Source: Candidatus Omnitrophota bacterium
GTDB lineage: Bacteria; Omnitrophota; Gorgyraeia; Zapsychrales; Zapsychraceae
Assembly (NCBI GenBank): GCA_029261065.1
Contig: JAJDCB010000009.1
Coordinates: forward strand, 33,625-97,624
Length of the DNA stretch: 64,000 bases
Reading direction: 5' to 3'
Shown: positions 1 to 10,792 of the stretch, piece by piece
How positions within the stretch are numbered: position 1 is the first letter of the stretch
Layout: each line of letters begins with the position of its first letter
Notes under the pieces: model-generated
The model's database searches: none
Told to the model about the DNA's origin: nothing
What the model saw: the letters and a program-made list of their open reading frames with translations, nothing else
Translations under genes and position numbers: made by a program

Positions 1-1860
1 GTAATAAAAGCCTTACAGCGTTTAATCACAACAGCAAGTTGCATGATATTGGTTTTACCAACAAAATCTGTGGGCTTAGCCTTAGTCAACCGAAACAGTC
101 TATGCACAAGATACTTATCTTTCTCCATTCCTGTAATAACAACTCGGATATTTTTACTCGATAACATATCACATAGCTTGGCCATATGTTCCAATGGCCA
201 ATTTTTACTTTCCCATTTCGCTGAGGCGGAGATGTTTATTCCTACAATATTTTTTGCATTACTTAACCATTCTTCATCAAAAAGTTGCTTAACATAATCC
301 TCATCCGACTTTGTCGGCCAGACCTGCAATAACGTCTGCGCGTTATTTTTAATTCCCAACATCTTTAAAAGTTGAAATTGATGGGCAACGGCTGGAATAT
401 TATTTTTGTATTTTTTTAAAGGACGCGATAACAAAAAACTCCATTTTCCATTATCAAACCCAAAACTCTCCTTTGCCATTGCATAAAAGGACAAAAGATG
501 ACTTCTTCGATTATTTTGAAAATCGATCACTTTATCAAAATAGCGCTTACGAAATCTTCTTGCAAATTTCCATAATGAAAAAATATCTTTCCCATCATGG
601 GTTGGATCATATACGATAAGACCATCCAAATAAGGACAATTTTTTAGAATATGTCTAGAAGCACGCCCTACAAGACAATAAATTTTTGCCTCCGGATATT
701 TCTTTCTTAATGCTTTTAGGGAGGCTGAAATCAATATCACATCCCCGATAGAACTTAGTTTAATAACCAGAATATTTTCCGAATTCATAAGTTCTTTATA
801 AACCTCAACCGTTTGTGAAGCCATATGTTCAAGGGTAAAATAATTTTCAATTTTCGTATAAGCGGCATCAACTAAGCTTTCCACCAACTTTTCATCTTTA
901 AATAATTGAAGTACCGCCGCGGCCATCCCCTCGGGATCTTTTGGTAATACAAGAAGACCTGTTTTTTTATCATCAATAATATCAACGACACCCCCAACAC
1001 TTGTTGCCACAACAGGGACACCAACAGCCTGAGCCTCAAGAATCACGCGTCCAAAAGCCTCTGGTGTAATACTCGACATCACCAACACATCAACTTTTCT
1101 TAACAATTCATGCACGTCACTACGGTTTCCTAAAAATTTAATATTAGCTGCAAGTCCCATACGACGAATGAGAACCTCTAGCTCTTGTTTATAGCCCTGC
1201 TTTTTCTCTGGAGCATCTCCTATAATCCAAACAACGGTATTAGGCACCGCACGTATGACCTGAGCCATAGCTTTAATAAAATAGATATGACCCTTTAAAG
1301 GCGTAATGCGTCCTACCATCGCGACAATACGTTCAGAGCCTTTAGATTTGTGCTGTTCACGTCGCTTAAAGTTTTCTAAATCAACGCTTCTTGGAATATA
1401 TCGAATAGTTTCTGATTCAACGTCATAATCGTCAATCATATGCCGACCAATCACTTTACTTGGCGCAATTATATATTTGGCCCAACCCATCACTTGAGAA
1501 AAAAAATGACTTTTATAATATCCGTGACACGTTGTTATAAAACGAGCGGAAGTTTGACGCGTTGCAAAATACGCAATCCAGGCAGGTACACGAGATCGAG
1601 CATGAACGATATCGATCTTTTCATCAATTATAATCTTTCTTAAAACTTTTATTAATTTCATAACAGAGAAAAGAGACTTTTTATGAACAGGTAATTCAAG
1701 GTGCTTACTCCCCTCTCGCTCTAGCTGCTTAACTAATGTCCCTCCATTTGAAACAACAACAGATTGATAATCCTTTTCTACTAAATATCGTGCAAAATCG
1801 ACCGTACCACGCTCCACTCCACCGACATTTAATTCTGGTAAAATTTGTAAAATTTTCATG
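1..1860 (-). CDS. Partial (3'-end off window) bifunctional glycosyltransferase: N-terminal GT4/GT-B domain fused in frame to a GT9 heptosyltransferase-like domain (WaaC/WaaF/WaaQ family)
   Basis: Absent from the ORF track because no stop occurs inside the window. The reverse complement from the ATG (complement of 1857-1859) reads MKILQILPELNVGGVERGTV, a typical GT4 N-terminus. The frame stays open and reads ...EHMASQTVEVYKELMNSENILVIKLSSIGDVILISASLKALRKKYPEAKIYCLVGR... So a canonical GT4 C-terminus runs without a stop into the hallmark GT9 N-terminal motif (ILVIxLSSxGDVIL), and the frame continues past coordinate 1. Confidence 0.75.
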
Positions 1861-1868
1861 CTGATTCT

Positions 1869-3833
1869 TTAAATGACTCGCCGAACGGCATCAAGAATGA
1901 TTTGACCGCCATCCAACCTTTGCGTATGGATTTTATTTTTAATAACATTGTAGATATTTTGTCCAACATTTGTAACTTTCGAGGAACATATAAACCCATG
2001 TGAATTCAAATTATTGATAAATAGCTGATGCTTTTTAGAACCTGACCCAAAGGGAACGCTTGGTTCAGGAGAGAAGACAATTGTATTTTTTCCTGAACTT
2101 GCAGCCTCAGAGACCATTGAAATACTGTCTCCCGAAACAACAAGAATATCAGATAACCCTAATATTCCACCCACGGCTTCCGGAACATTCTCTTGATTGG
2201 CAAGAACCAATAATGGACAACTAGGATCTTTTTTAAACGCCTTAAATAACATTCTTTCAATATTGGCCGGGGTTCTTCGCGACGTTGAGATAAGAAAATC
2301 TAAACGGTGCTCTCCCGATATTTCTTTTAACTGATTAATCAATACGCTAATTTGTTTTTCTGTAATACAAATCTTTTTCGATGTCCCACCAATAAGAATA
2401 CCAACCTTTGTTCGTGTCCGCGATTTTAAGTGGGAATACTTGGCTAATAGCTTTTCACTTTGTTCATCGAGATAATCTTTTGAGATTAAGTTACACGCAC
2501 CTTTAATAACTGTCACATTCTCAGGAATATGATCTTTATTAGAAATATCATGTTCAGGTAAAACGATTAAATCAAAACGATTAAAGGGCAAAATGCCTGG
2601 TTTAAGAATGGCGATACTTTTAGCACTATGATCTTGAGAAATAAAATGATTTAAACTCGCTGAAGAAGAGCCACAAGAGATTATAAAATCTGTTTTCATA
2701 GACATAACCTGTTCAAAAGATTTAGCACTTAAAAATAGTTTTAGAAATTGTAATCGCCCTTGGTATAAAAAGGGATGTGAAAAAAAAGCCATTAAAGAAA
2801 AGAGCCGAGATAAAAACTTGGTTTTAAATTGGATTTCAATAATTTCTATTTTAGAGCTTATTCCTCGCCCTTCTAAAGCCTTCTGAACCATTTGACCAAC
2901 AAGTTGAGATTGACGGAGATGACCGGCCTTACCATCCGTTAATATCGCTACAGTAGCTTGTTTCGAATATTTCCAAATTTTATAAAACCACATATACTCA
3001 GAAGGATATTTTTCTATATAATCTTCCATAATTTTCGTAACCCGGGTAAGATTCGTCACAACATCCTTATCCACATCTCCTGACTTACTCAATTCCAAAG
3101 GCTTTTGAAATACCATACGATGTTGGGAACCTTTTTCTCTAAAGATAACAGAAAAACAAAGAGGAATATCCGATTTTAATCCCATACGAATGGCCCCGAC
3201 AGACATTGAAGCTTGTCGCCCAAAAAAGGGAACTAAGACGCCATCCTTCCCGCCCTGATCAACAACCATGCCAATGATTTCATTATTTTTAAGGCTCTTA
3301 ACAAAATCACGCGTTCCCATACCCCGCGAAAGAACGACAGAGCCCCCGCAATCCCGATAAGAATTTAACAACTCATCTAATTTCGAATACTTTTTTTGTG
3401 GTTTGACGATTACTTTATAAGGATGACCTAACATCGAAAAAGTTAAACTTGCCATCTCCCAACTGCCAAAATGCATAGCTATTAAAATAACACCCTTTCC
3501 CTTCTTAAGAGCCTCCTGGATATGTTCTTGCCCTTCCATCTTAACAAATTCATCAAATTTACTTCGATCCAACAATGGCATTCGAAATAGCTCAATCAAA
3601 TTTTGGCCGTAATTTGTAAACAATGTTTTTGTGATTTGCTTTAACTCTTGTGACGATTTGACATCAGCAAAAGCTATTTTTAAATTGGCATAAGCTTGCG
3701 ACTTATGTTTGACATCAAAATAATAAGCAAACAAACCTATACACCTCCCTACCCATAGCGCAATAGAGACAGGTAAAAGTCTTATCAGCCAAGCAAAAGT
3801 TTTAACGCAGTAGTAAAGAATCGACTCTTTCAA
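1869..3833 (-). CDS. Lipid A biosynthesis late acyltransferase (LpxL/HtrB/MsbB family) fused to a C-terminal ELM1/DUF1022-like domain
   Basis: 654 aa. The N-terminal ~290 aa carry an N-terminal TM segment and the HFGSWE motif (HX4E of lysophospholipid/lipid A acyltransferases). The C-terminal ~350 aa contain ...ILTDGKAGHLRQSQLVG... and KVGILIGGTSKK, which resemble the ELM1/DUF1022 family. It overlaps lpxK by 32 nt. Confidence 0.7.
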   Translation of the reverse strand: MKESILYYCVKTFAWLIRLLPVSIALWVGRCIGLFAYYFDVKHKSQAYANLKIAFADVKSSQELKQITKTLFTNYGQNLIELFRMPLLDRSKFDEFVKMEGQEHIQEALKKGKGVILIAMHFGSWEMASLTFSMLGHPYKVIVKPQKKYSKLDELLNSYRDCGGSVVLSRGMGTRDFVKSLKNNEIIGMVVDQGGKDGVLVPFFGRQASMSVGAIRMGLKSDIPLCFSVIFREKGSQHRMVFQKPLELSKSGDVDKDVVTNLTRVTKIMEDYIEKYPSEYMWFYKIWKYSKQATVAILTDGKAGHLRQSQLVGQMVQKALEGRGISSKIEIIEIQFKTKFLSRLFSLMAFFSHPFLYQGRLQFLKLFLSAKSFEQVMSMKTDFIISCGSSSASLNHFISQDHSAKSIAILKPGILPFNRFDLIVLPEHDISNKDHIPENVTVIKGACNLISKDYLDEQSEKLLAKYSHLKSRTRTKVGILIGGTSKKICITEKQISVLINQLKEISGEHRLDFLISTSRRTPANIERMLFKAFKKDPSCPLLVLANQENVPEAVGGILGLSDILVVSGDSISMVSEAASSGKNTIVFSPEPSVPFGSGSKKHQLFINNLNSHGFICSSKVTNVGQNIYNVIKNKIHTQRLDGGQIILDAVRRVI

Positions 3834-4854
3834 ACAAAAAATCCTTTCCTTCTAAAAAGCTAATATTAATCTTTAAATAAACACACCGAATGCCCTCAGA
3901 AAACAAAGAAGACCATCTCTTTAGTTTAACAGCATCTTTTTGAGTTGTGATAATCGTTTGGATATCATGGTCTTTACAAAAATTTAAAATCGTACGAATA
4001 TCAGATTCTGCATAATCATAATGATCCATAAATCTAAAACTTTTCTCAACACGCCCAACTTCTCCTTTAAGCGTAGCCTCAAAAGCTTCCGGCCGTCCAA
4101 TACTACTTATGAGACAAACCTTATCAGACTGAAAGTGGCCTAATTCATAGGAAGCTTGAGTTTTGACATCAAGATAACATTGTGGGGAATGTGTACTTAA
4201 TACAACAGGCACTTGGCAACCAACCTCATGAAGTTTACTTTTTATATTATTAAGATTACGCTCTCCTAAATCAGACTTAGTAATCAAAACGACATCTGCT
4301 CTTTTTATAGATGAGATAGCCTCTCTTAAGATACCTCTTGGTAACAACGACCCATTGCCCCAAGGGTCCATGGCATCTATAGCCACCACATCCAAATCTC
4401 TTTCTAACTTTAAATGCTGAAACCCATCATCTAGAATAAAAACATCAACGTCATTCTTCTCTAAATAGGTTACTGCACGATGATACCGATTAGCACCTGC
4501 TAACACAACGACATTCTCTAAATTTTCTTCTAACATCTTTACCTCATCACCCTGAGTCCCGCCCTTATATCCTCTTGTTAAAATAACGACTTTAAATTTC
4601 TTATCTTTAAGATGCCTTGCTATCTGCTCGACAATGGGCGTCTTGCCGACACCACCCAAAGTTAAATTACCTATACTGATAACAGGCTTTCCTAAAGAAT
4701 TGCTTTTTAGCAATCCTTTTTGATATCCCAAAAATCGGATTGATGATAAAAAAAAGAAAATATACGACAATAATTTCAGCATAACACCCACTAAAAACGC
4801 CAAAACACCTTGTTTCTGATCCGTAGCTACCTGATAAATGTATTGTTTCATCAA
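3802..4854 (-). CDS. lpxK: Tetraacyldisaccharide 4'-kinase
   Basis: 350 aa with an N-terminal TM segment. It has the P-loop VISIGNLTLGGVGKTP characteristic of LpxK, overlaps waaA by 4 nt, and sits in a lipid A context. Confidence 0.85.
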   Translation of the reverse strand: MMKQYIYQVATDQKQGVLAFLVGVMLKLLSYIFFFLSSIRFLGYQKGLLKSNSLGKPVISIGNLTLGGVGKTPIVEQIARHLKDKKFKVVILTRGYKGGTQGDEVKMLEENLENVVVLAGANRYHRAVTYLEKNDVDVFILDDGFQHLKLERDLDVVAIDAMDPWGNGSLLPRGILREAISSIKRADVVLITKSDLGERNLNNIKSKLHEVGCQVPVVLSTHSPQCYLDVKTQASYELGHFQSDKVCLISSIGRPEAFEATLKGEVGRVEKSFRFMDHYDYAESDIRTILNFCKDHDIQTIITTQKDAVKLKRWSSLFSEGIRCVYLKINISFLEGKDFLFERVDSLLLR

Positions 4855-6125
4855 TGCACTCTGTTCTCAATGAGCGTTTTAATCTCTGTTAGCGTCATAT
4901 CCATGACCCCTTGATTATCCTTAATCACTTGGCTAGATTTATTTTTAATCTCATCCATTCTTTGTTTATCCCCAAGCAACTCTTTCATTTTGACATATAA
5001 CTCATCGTGATCCTCTACTTGCACTAAGACGGACTCCTGTTTTAGAATACGCACAACATCTTTAAAATTTTGCGTCATGGGCCCAACAAACGTTGGTTTG
5101 CCAAAGAAAACGGGCTCCAAAATATTTTGCCCCCCACCCACAGATAAAGATTTTCCCACAAAAACCATATTAGCCAGACTATATAACCCTCCTAAATCGC
5201 CAATGGTATCAACAACAATAACGTGATCATTAATATCTACGCCTTGCTTAATATCCGAATAAAAAACCCCTTCTTCTCCCTCCTTACTACAAATTGTCAT
5301 AACCTCCTTCGCTCTTTTTACATCTCGTGGAGCGATGACAAGTCTTAACTGCGGATCATGATTTGATAATTTTTTAAAAACATCCAACAACATTTTTTCT
5401 TCACCAGGATGCGTGCTCCCGGCAATAATAAATTCAAATTGAGAATGCTGCATATTACTGGGCCACTTATAATCTTTTGAATCAGGGATATTATCAAATT
5501 TCAAATTTCCCATAACCTTAATACTATCAAGAGCTCCCCCCAGCAATTCTATGCGCCGCGCATCTTCCTTGCTTTGCATGCAAAAACAAGTAACACAAGA
5601 TAAAGCTTTCTTTATTATAAATTGAAAGCGTTGATACCCCTTAAACGCTTTATCAGAAATCCGTCCATTAATAATAATAATCGGTACCTGTACAGATTTT
5701 AGGTGCGCATAAATATTAGGCCAGATCTCTGTTTCTGTTGAAATATAAATGACCGGAGAAAGTATTAGAATATAGTGTTTGATAATAAAACTAATATCAA
5801 AAGGAGCAAACAAAACAATAATAGATTGATCAAAAGACTTTTGAGCAATTTCATACCCCCTCTCTGTCACAGTTGTTAAAACAATCTGTTTATCAGGGTA
5901 CAATGCCTTAATTCTTTGAATCAAACCACTAACCGCGTTTACCTCGCCAACGCTAACAGCGTGAACCCAAATACTCTCTTTGTTGCTAAATCGATCCTTT
6001 AGTTCTTGTGACCATAGTCCAAACCTTTGAAACATTCCCCTATGACATTTCCCTCTAAAAAAGAGAATAGGAAAATATAGAAGGAAAAGAGAAATAAAAA
6101 TAATATCGTAGAAAATATATTTCAT
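4851..6125 (-). CDS. waaA: 3-deoxy-D-manno-octulosonic acid (Kdo) transferase
   Basis: 424 aa with an N-terminal membrane anchor. It has the IWVHAVSVGE motif of the KdtA N-terminal domain and a GT-B C-terminal region. Confidence 0.85.
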   Translation of the reverse strand: MKYIFYDIIFISLFLLYFPILFFRGKCHRGMFQRFGLWSQELKDRFSNKESIWVHAVSVGEVNAVSGLIQRIKALYPDKQIVLTTVTERGYEIAQKSFDQSIIVLFAPFDISFIIKHYILILSPVIYISTETEIWPNIYAHLKSVQVPIIIINGRISDKAFKGYQRFQFIIKKALSCVTCFCMQSKEDARRIELLGGALDSIKVMGNLKFDNIPDSKDYKWPSNMQHSQFEFIIAGSTHPGEEKMLLDVFKKLSNHDPQLRLVIAPRDVKRAKEVMTICSKEGEEGVFYSDIKQGVDINDHVIVVDTIGDLGGLYSLANMVFVGKSLSVGGGQNILEPVFFGKPTFVGPMTQNFKDVVRILKQESVLVQVEDHDELYVKMKELLGDKQRMDEIKNKSSQVIKDNQGVMDMTLTEIKTLIENRVH

Positions 6126-6137
6126 AGCAAAAGAGAA

Positions 6138-6998
6138 TCAAGCGCGTGGATGAGCTTGATCGTATACCTTCTTTAATCTATCCGTTGTGACATGCGTATA
6201 AATTTGTGTTGTTGATAAATTGACATGGCCTAACAACTCTTGTACGGATCGCAAATCAGCCCCTCGATTTAACAAATGTGTCGCAAAAGAATGCCGAAAG
6301 ACATGCGGAGAGACATTTAATTGATCACTCATTTTTCCAATATGTTTATTAACGATATTGCGAACACTACGATCAGTGAGTCGTGTACCAAATTTATTCA
6401 GAAACAGAGGTGAAACATCATGCTTACGCAACTTTAAATAGTCTCTTATAGCCAAAAGTGCTTTTTCACCAATAGGAGCTAAACGCTCCTTTCTTCCCTT
6501 ACCCATTACACGTACAACATTTCCAATCATATCCACTCGTTCAACATTTAACCCAACCAACTCACTAACACGAATACCCGTACTGTATAACGTCTCTAAT
6601 ATAGCGCGATCTCGTCTTCCATATTCTGTTTTAATATTAGGCATCTTAAGACACGCTGACATCTCCGTTTCCGTTAAAAACTTAGGCAAAGGTTTATCTA
6701 ATTTAGGAGACATTAATAAAACAGCAGGATTATTTTTGATATGCCCCTCTCTTTGAAGAAAACGAAAGAACCCTCTTAACGTTGACATCTTACGAGCAAG
6801 CGTACGAGGACGATGTTTTTTTGCTCTTAAATGAGCCAAAAAACTTCTTAATTTAAGATAATCAACCTTTTCAATCGGCTGACCATCTAAAAAATCATAT
6901 AATTCCTCTAAATCTAAATTATAATTTAGAATCGTATGTTTGGAGTAATTTTTCTCTATTTCTAGATAAGAAATAAATTTTGAAATATAACGTTTCAT
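6138..6998 (-). CDS. xerC: Tyrosine site-specific recombinase XerC/XerD family
   Basis: 286 aa. The N-terminus reads ...YLEIEKNYSKHTILNYNLDLEEL..., and the C-terminus HVFRHSFATHLLNRGADLRSVQELLGHVNLSTTQIYTHV contains the catalytic R..H..R..Y region. It lies in the conserved dprA-topA-xerC neighbourhood. Confidence 0.8.
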   Translation of the reverse strand: MKRYISKFISYLEIEKNYSKHTILNYNLDLEELYDFLDGQPIEKVDYLKLRSFLAHLRAKKHRPRTLARKMSTLRGFFRFLQREGHIKNNPAVLLMSPKLDKPLPKFLTETEMSACLKMPNIKTEYGRRDRAILETLYSTGIRVSELVGLNVERVDMIGNVVRVMGKGRKERLAPIGEKALLAIRDYLKLRKHDVSPLFLNKFGTRLTDRSVRNIVNKHIGKMSDQLNVSPHVFRHSFATHLLNRGADLRSVQELLGHVNLSTTQIYTHVTTDRLKKVYDQAHPRA

Positions 6999-7040
6999 CA
7001 GGGGAAGGAACCTCCAAAGTAAAACATATCAATTAATATG

Positions 7041-9011
7041 TTATGAATCTTCTTTACTTTCTTGAGGCAATTCTTTGGCAATGTGTGTGCAATCTGGAAA
7101 CTTGCTACAGCCATAAAAAAACATGCCACGCTTTGATTTACGTCTGACAAGTTCACCTTCACAGGCTACTTCAGGACATTTAATCCCTAACGTAAAGGCT
7201 TCAGCATGTTTACATTCAGGAAAACCTGAACAACTTAAAAACTTTCCACGTCGCCCCCACTTGACAACCATTTGTCGTTTACATTCCGGACAATATTTAT
7301 CAACAAAATTTTCTGTCTTAACAATATTTTTTTCAGCATGTTCTAATTCACCAGCAAAAGTCTCATAAAACTCTTTTAACAAACTAGGATAATCAAGTTT
7401 ACCTTCTTCGACTTCATCTAATCGTTCTTCCATTCGCGCTGTAAAACCAACATTAATGACTCTTGAGAAATATTCCACAAGTAAATCGCAGATAAGAATT
7501 CCTAATTCCGTTGGTGATAAATAACCACGATCTCTTAAAACGTAATTCCTTAAAACCAGCGTTGATATAATAGAGGCATACGTACTTGGACGACCTATAC
7601 CATCTTCTTCCAAGGCCTTAACAATACTCGCATCTGAAAAACGTGGTGGCGGTTTCGTAAAGTGTTGGGTGGGCTTTAATTCCATGAGGTTAAGTTTGTC
7701 ATCTTTGGCATAATGAGAAAAATCCATCCGACCCTCTTCTTCTTTTTCTTCCCTCGAAACCGTTAAATGACCATCAAAAATTAAAGTTGAACCAGAAGCC
7801 CCAAATTGAAATCGTCCAGCCTTAATCTCCATTTTTTTATTCTCAAAAACAGCGGGCTCCATTTGTGAACTGACAAATCTATTCCAAATTAATTGATACA
7901 ACTTGTATTGATCATCCGTAAGAGAATTTCTTAAATCATATGCAGTACGTAAAACATCAGATGGGCGAATCGCCTCATGAGCTTCTTGGGCGGATTTCTT
8001 GGATTTATAAACATTGGGTTTCGCTGGTAAATATTTATCACCATATTCTTTCTTAATAAAGGTACGAAGTTTTTCTGTTGCTTCTTTGGAAATCGTTACA
8101 GAGTCGGTTCTCATGTAAGTTATCAAACCTTCCGTCTCGCCATTCCCTGTATCAATACCTTCATAGAGTTGTTGCGCGATCATCATGGTTCGATTAGCAT
8201 TAAATCGTAATTTATTAAAGGCATCTTGTTGCAGGGTACTTGTAATTAAAGGCGGCAGAGGCTTTCTTTTTATTTTTCGTTCTGAAATTTTTGTAACAAC
8301 AAAGTCTTCTTTTTTGATTTCTTCAGCAATGTCCTGGGTTTGTTTCTCCTGACTTAATTCAAATTTTTCACCATCTATTTTTTCAAGAGCCGCATTAAAC
8401 ATATCATCACGTCCCTGCTTTTGAAGATCTGCGGTAATCTGCCAATACTCTTTTGGGTTAAACTTCTTTATCTCTTTTTCTCGTTCAACAATAAGCCTTA
8501 ATGCAACGGATTGAACTCGACCCGCACTTAAACGCGACCCTACTTTTTTCCAAAGAATCGGACTTATTTTATAACCTACAATGCGATCCAATATGCGTCG
8601 ACCAATTTGCGCATTAATTTTTTTAGCATCAAATTCTCGGGGGGTTTCAAAAGCTTTTAATACAGCCTCCTTAGTAATTTCTTGAAATGTCACACGAAAA
8701 TTCTTCTTCCCCTCACCAATATGATTCATCAAATTCCAACCAATAGCCTCTCCCTCACGGTCAGGGTCAGTCGCGAAGAAAATTTGTTTAGCGGATTTAA
8801 CATCCTTCTTTAATTTAGTCAGATGTTTCTGTTTAGCACGCACCACAATCAACTTTGGTTCAAAATTATTTTCAAGATCTACACCTAATGTTGATTTAGG
8901 CAAATCAATAAGATGCCCCATTGATGAGAGAACTTTAAATTTGGGTCCTAAAATTTTATTAATCGTTTTGACCTTTGTAGGAGACTCAACAATAACGATG
9001 GATTTTGCCAT
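7041..9011 (-). CDS. topA: DNA topoisomerase I
   Basis: 656 aa. It starts MAKSIVIVESPTKVKTINKILG (Toprim), has a type IA core, and carries two C4 zinc ribbons at the C-terminus (CPECKRQ...CSGFPECKH; CPEVACEGE...CSKFPDC). Confidence 0.9.
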   Translation of the reverse strand: MAKSIVIVESPTKVKTINKILGPKFKVLSSMGHLIDLPKSTLGVDLENNFEPKLIVVRAKQKHLTKLKKDVKSAKQIFFATDPDREGEAIGWNLMNHIGEGKKNFRVTFQEITKEAVLKAFETPREFDAKKINAQIGRRILDRIVGYKISPILWKKVGSRLSAGRVQSVALRLIVEREKEIKKFNPKEYWQITADLQKQGRDDMFNAALEKIDGEKFELSQEKQTQDIAEEIKKEDFVVTKISERKIKRKPLPPLITSTLQQDAFNKLRFNANRTMMIAQQLYEGIDTGNGETEGLITYMRTDSVTISKEATEKLRTFIKKEYGDKYLPAKPNVYKSKKSAQEAHEAIRPSDVLRTAYDLRNSLTDDQYKLYQLIWNRFVSSQMEPAVFENKKMEIKAGRFQFGASGSTLIFDGHLTVSREEKEEEGRMDFSHYAKDDKLNLMELKPTQHFTKPPPRFSDASIVKALEEDGIGRPSTYASIISTLVLRNYVLRDRGYLSPTELGILICDLLVEYFSRVINVGFTARMEERLDEVEEGKLDYPSLLKEFYETFAGELEHAEKNIVKTENFVDKYCPECKRQMVVKWGRRGKFLSCSGFPECKHAEAFTLGIKCPEVACEGELVRRKSKRGMFFYGCSKFPDCTHIAKELPQESKEDS

Positions 9012-9016
9012 AGTAT

Positions 9017-10141
9017 TTACCTTTTCGTTTTATTTCGACTAAACATTTTACCTGGCCATTGACGCACCAAACGTTTGAGTTCTAATTGAAACAATAATGC
9101 CGTCGTAATGGAACTATCCTTTTGATAAAGACTCACAAGCTCATCAATGTGTACGGGTGTATCTGATAAACCTCTAAGCAACTCTTTTTCTGGATCTGTT
9201 AACGTAATTTGAGATTTTTGTTTTTCTGATTTACTCACTACTGCCGTTTTTTTAGGTTTAGCTATTTGTTGTCGGGCTGCAACTTCTTCTAAGATATCTT
9301 CCACACTACTAACAAGGATCGCCCCTTGTTTAATTAAGGCGTTAACGCCAAGTGCTGCTGGGTTATCAATTTTTCCTGGAATGGCATAAACATCGCGACC
9401 TTGATCGAGAGCAAAATCAGCTGTAATCAAAGCACCACTCTTTTTTGCTGCCTCTACAACTATAACACCACAACTTAAGCCACTAATGATTCGATTTCGA
9501 CGCGGAAAATTATAAGCAAGTGGCGGCATTTGCATAGCAAACTCAGAAATTACGGCACCATTATTAACAATATCATTCATGAGTGTTTTATTTTCAGGAG
9601 GATACACATGCGTAAGTCCGCATCCTAAAACGGCAATGGTAGGAGATGAAGATTTTAAAGCCCCTCGGTGGGCTGCGGTGTCAATCCCACGAGCCATCCC
9701 TGAAACAATGGTAAATCCATAATCAGATAACTCTGTGGCAAAACGTTCACACGTATTAAGACCATAAAGAGAGGCTCGTCTTGAACCAACCATGGCCAAA
9801 GCCTTCTCAAATTTAACGTTTAATGTCCCTTTGATATAAAGGACCAAAGGGGCATCAGCAATTGTTTTTATGCAGTCTGGATATTCGGAATCGATTAAAG
9901 TTACAACAGATACACCCTCACTCTTCATCAAGGCGTATTCTCTCTTAAGAAAATCCTCTTTATCAAAAGTTAGAATTTGCTCAACAGCACAAGAAGAAAT
10001 AACATTTTCTAGCTCCCACTCTTCTTGCGTTAAACTAAAAATTTTAGAGGCGCTACGAAATTTAAGAAGAAGCTGTAACTTTTTTCGGTTACCAAGTCCT
10101 GTGATTGCGTTTAAAACTAAAAGATATTCGTTTTCACTCAT
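9017..10141 (-). CDS. dprA: DNA processing protein DprA/Smf
   Basis: 374 aa with an N-terminal SAM-like region and a Rossmann-like DprA core (...GMARGIDTAAHRGAL...). It lies immediately upstream of topA, as in many bacteria. Confidence 0.8.
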   Translation of the reverse strand: MSENEYLLVLNAITGLGNRKKLQLLLKFRSASKIFSLTQEEWELENVISSCAVEQILTFDKEDFLKREYALMKSEGVSVVTLIDSEYPDCIKTIADAPLVLYIKGTLNVKFEKALAMVGSRRASLYGLNTCERFATELSDYGFTIVSGMARGIDTAAHRGALKSSSPTIAVLGCGLTHVYPPENKTLMNDIVNNGAVISEFAMQMPPLAYNFPRRNRIISGLSCGVIVVEAAKKSGALITADFALDQGRDVYAIPGKIDNPAALGVNALIKQGAILVSSVEDILEEVAARQQIAKPKKTAVVSKSEKQKSQITLTDPEKELLRGLSDTPVHIDELVSLYQKDSSITTALLFQLELKRLVRQWPGKMFSRNKTKR

Positions 10142-10682
10142 TTTTTAATACTCTCACTATTTCCTGACAAACCTCATCATTAGATTTTCCATCTGTATCA
10201 ATAATAAATTCTGCTTGTTCATACATCTCTTCACGCAAAGCTAAAAGCTCTTTAATCTGTCCTACAGGATCTGGGACATTCATCAAAGGTCGGTGATGAT
10301 CATCTTTAACTCTTTCAAAAATTTGCTGAACCGAGGCCTTTAAATAAATCAGATGACAATACTGCTTTAAAACCTTGATATTCTCAGGATCTAAAACAAC
10401 CCCGCCACCACAATCGATGATCAACCCCTCGGTTTCCGCTATTGACTTGATAAAATCATGCTCAAGCCTACGAAAGTAATCTTCCCCTTTCTCAAAGAAG
10501 ATATCTATAATCTTATGCCCTTGCTGTTCCTCAATCTTATCATCCGTAGAAACACGCTCCATAGACATCAATTCTTCTAACTTTTTTGATGCCACAGACT
10601 TACCAGAACCCATAAAGCCAATCAGAGCTATACTCTTACTTTTCATTGGTCGGATTGTAACATATTGGTTTTCCGCTGTCAA
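10134..10682 (-). CDS. aroK: Shikimate kinase
   Basis: 182 aa. It has the Walker A motif IALIGFMGSGKS, and its length and motif spacing are typical of AroK. It overlaps dprA by 8 nt. Confidence 0.8.
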   Translation of the reverse strand: MTAENQYVTIRPMKSKSIALIGFMGSGKSVASKKLEELMSMERVSTDDKIEEQQGHKIIDIFFEKGEDYFRRLEHDFIKSIAETEGLIIDCGGGVVLDPENIKVLKQYCHLIYLKASVQQIFERVKDDHHRPLMNVPDPVGQIKELLALREEMYEQAEFIIDTDGKSNDEVCQEIVRVLKNE

Positions 10683-10792
10683 ATTATGCCCTATATATAT
10701 AATATATATAAGATTATAACTAATTAGAGAAGAAAGGAAAAATGTGAGGTAAAATTTAAAATGGCTCTAAAATTAAAGACTAATAACACTTT

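Noticed and set aside
43-1643. Small plus-strand ORFs (43-297, 1440-1643)
   Set aside because: They lie antisense within the long open minus-strand frame of the GT4-GT9 glycosyltransferase. They have no motifs and are most likely spurious.
6138-6998. Tyrosine recombinase next to tRNA-rich/accessory DNA as a possible genomic-island integrase
   Set aside because: Its N-terminal and C-terminal motifs and the dprA-topA-xerC synteny indicate a chromosomal XerC/XerD-type dimer-resolution recombinase. The flanks show no att-like direct repeats or phage genes.
10683-10792. AT-repeat (TATATATATAATATATATA) and 11-codon mini-ORF upstream of the prepilin peptidase gene
   Set aside because: It looks like an ordinary AT-rich promoter region. 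The mini-ORF has no RBS context or recognisable leader-peptide logic.
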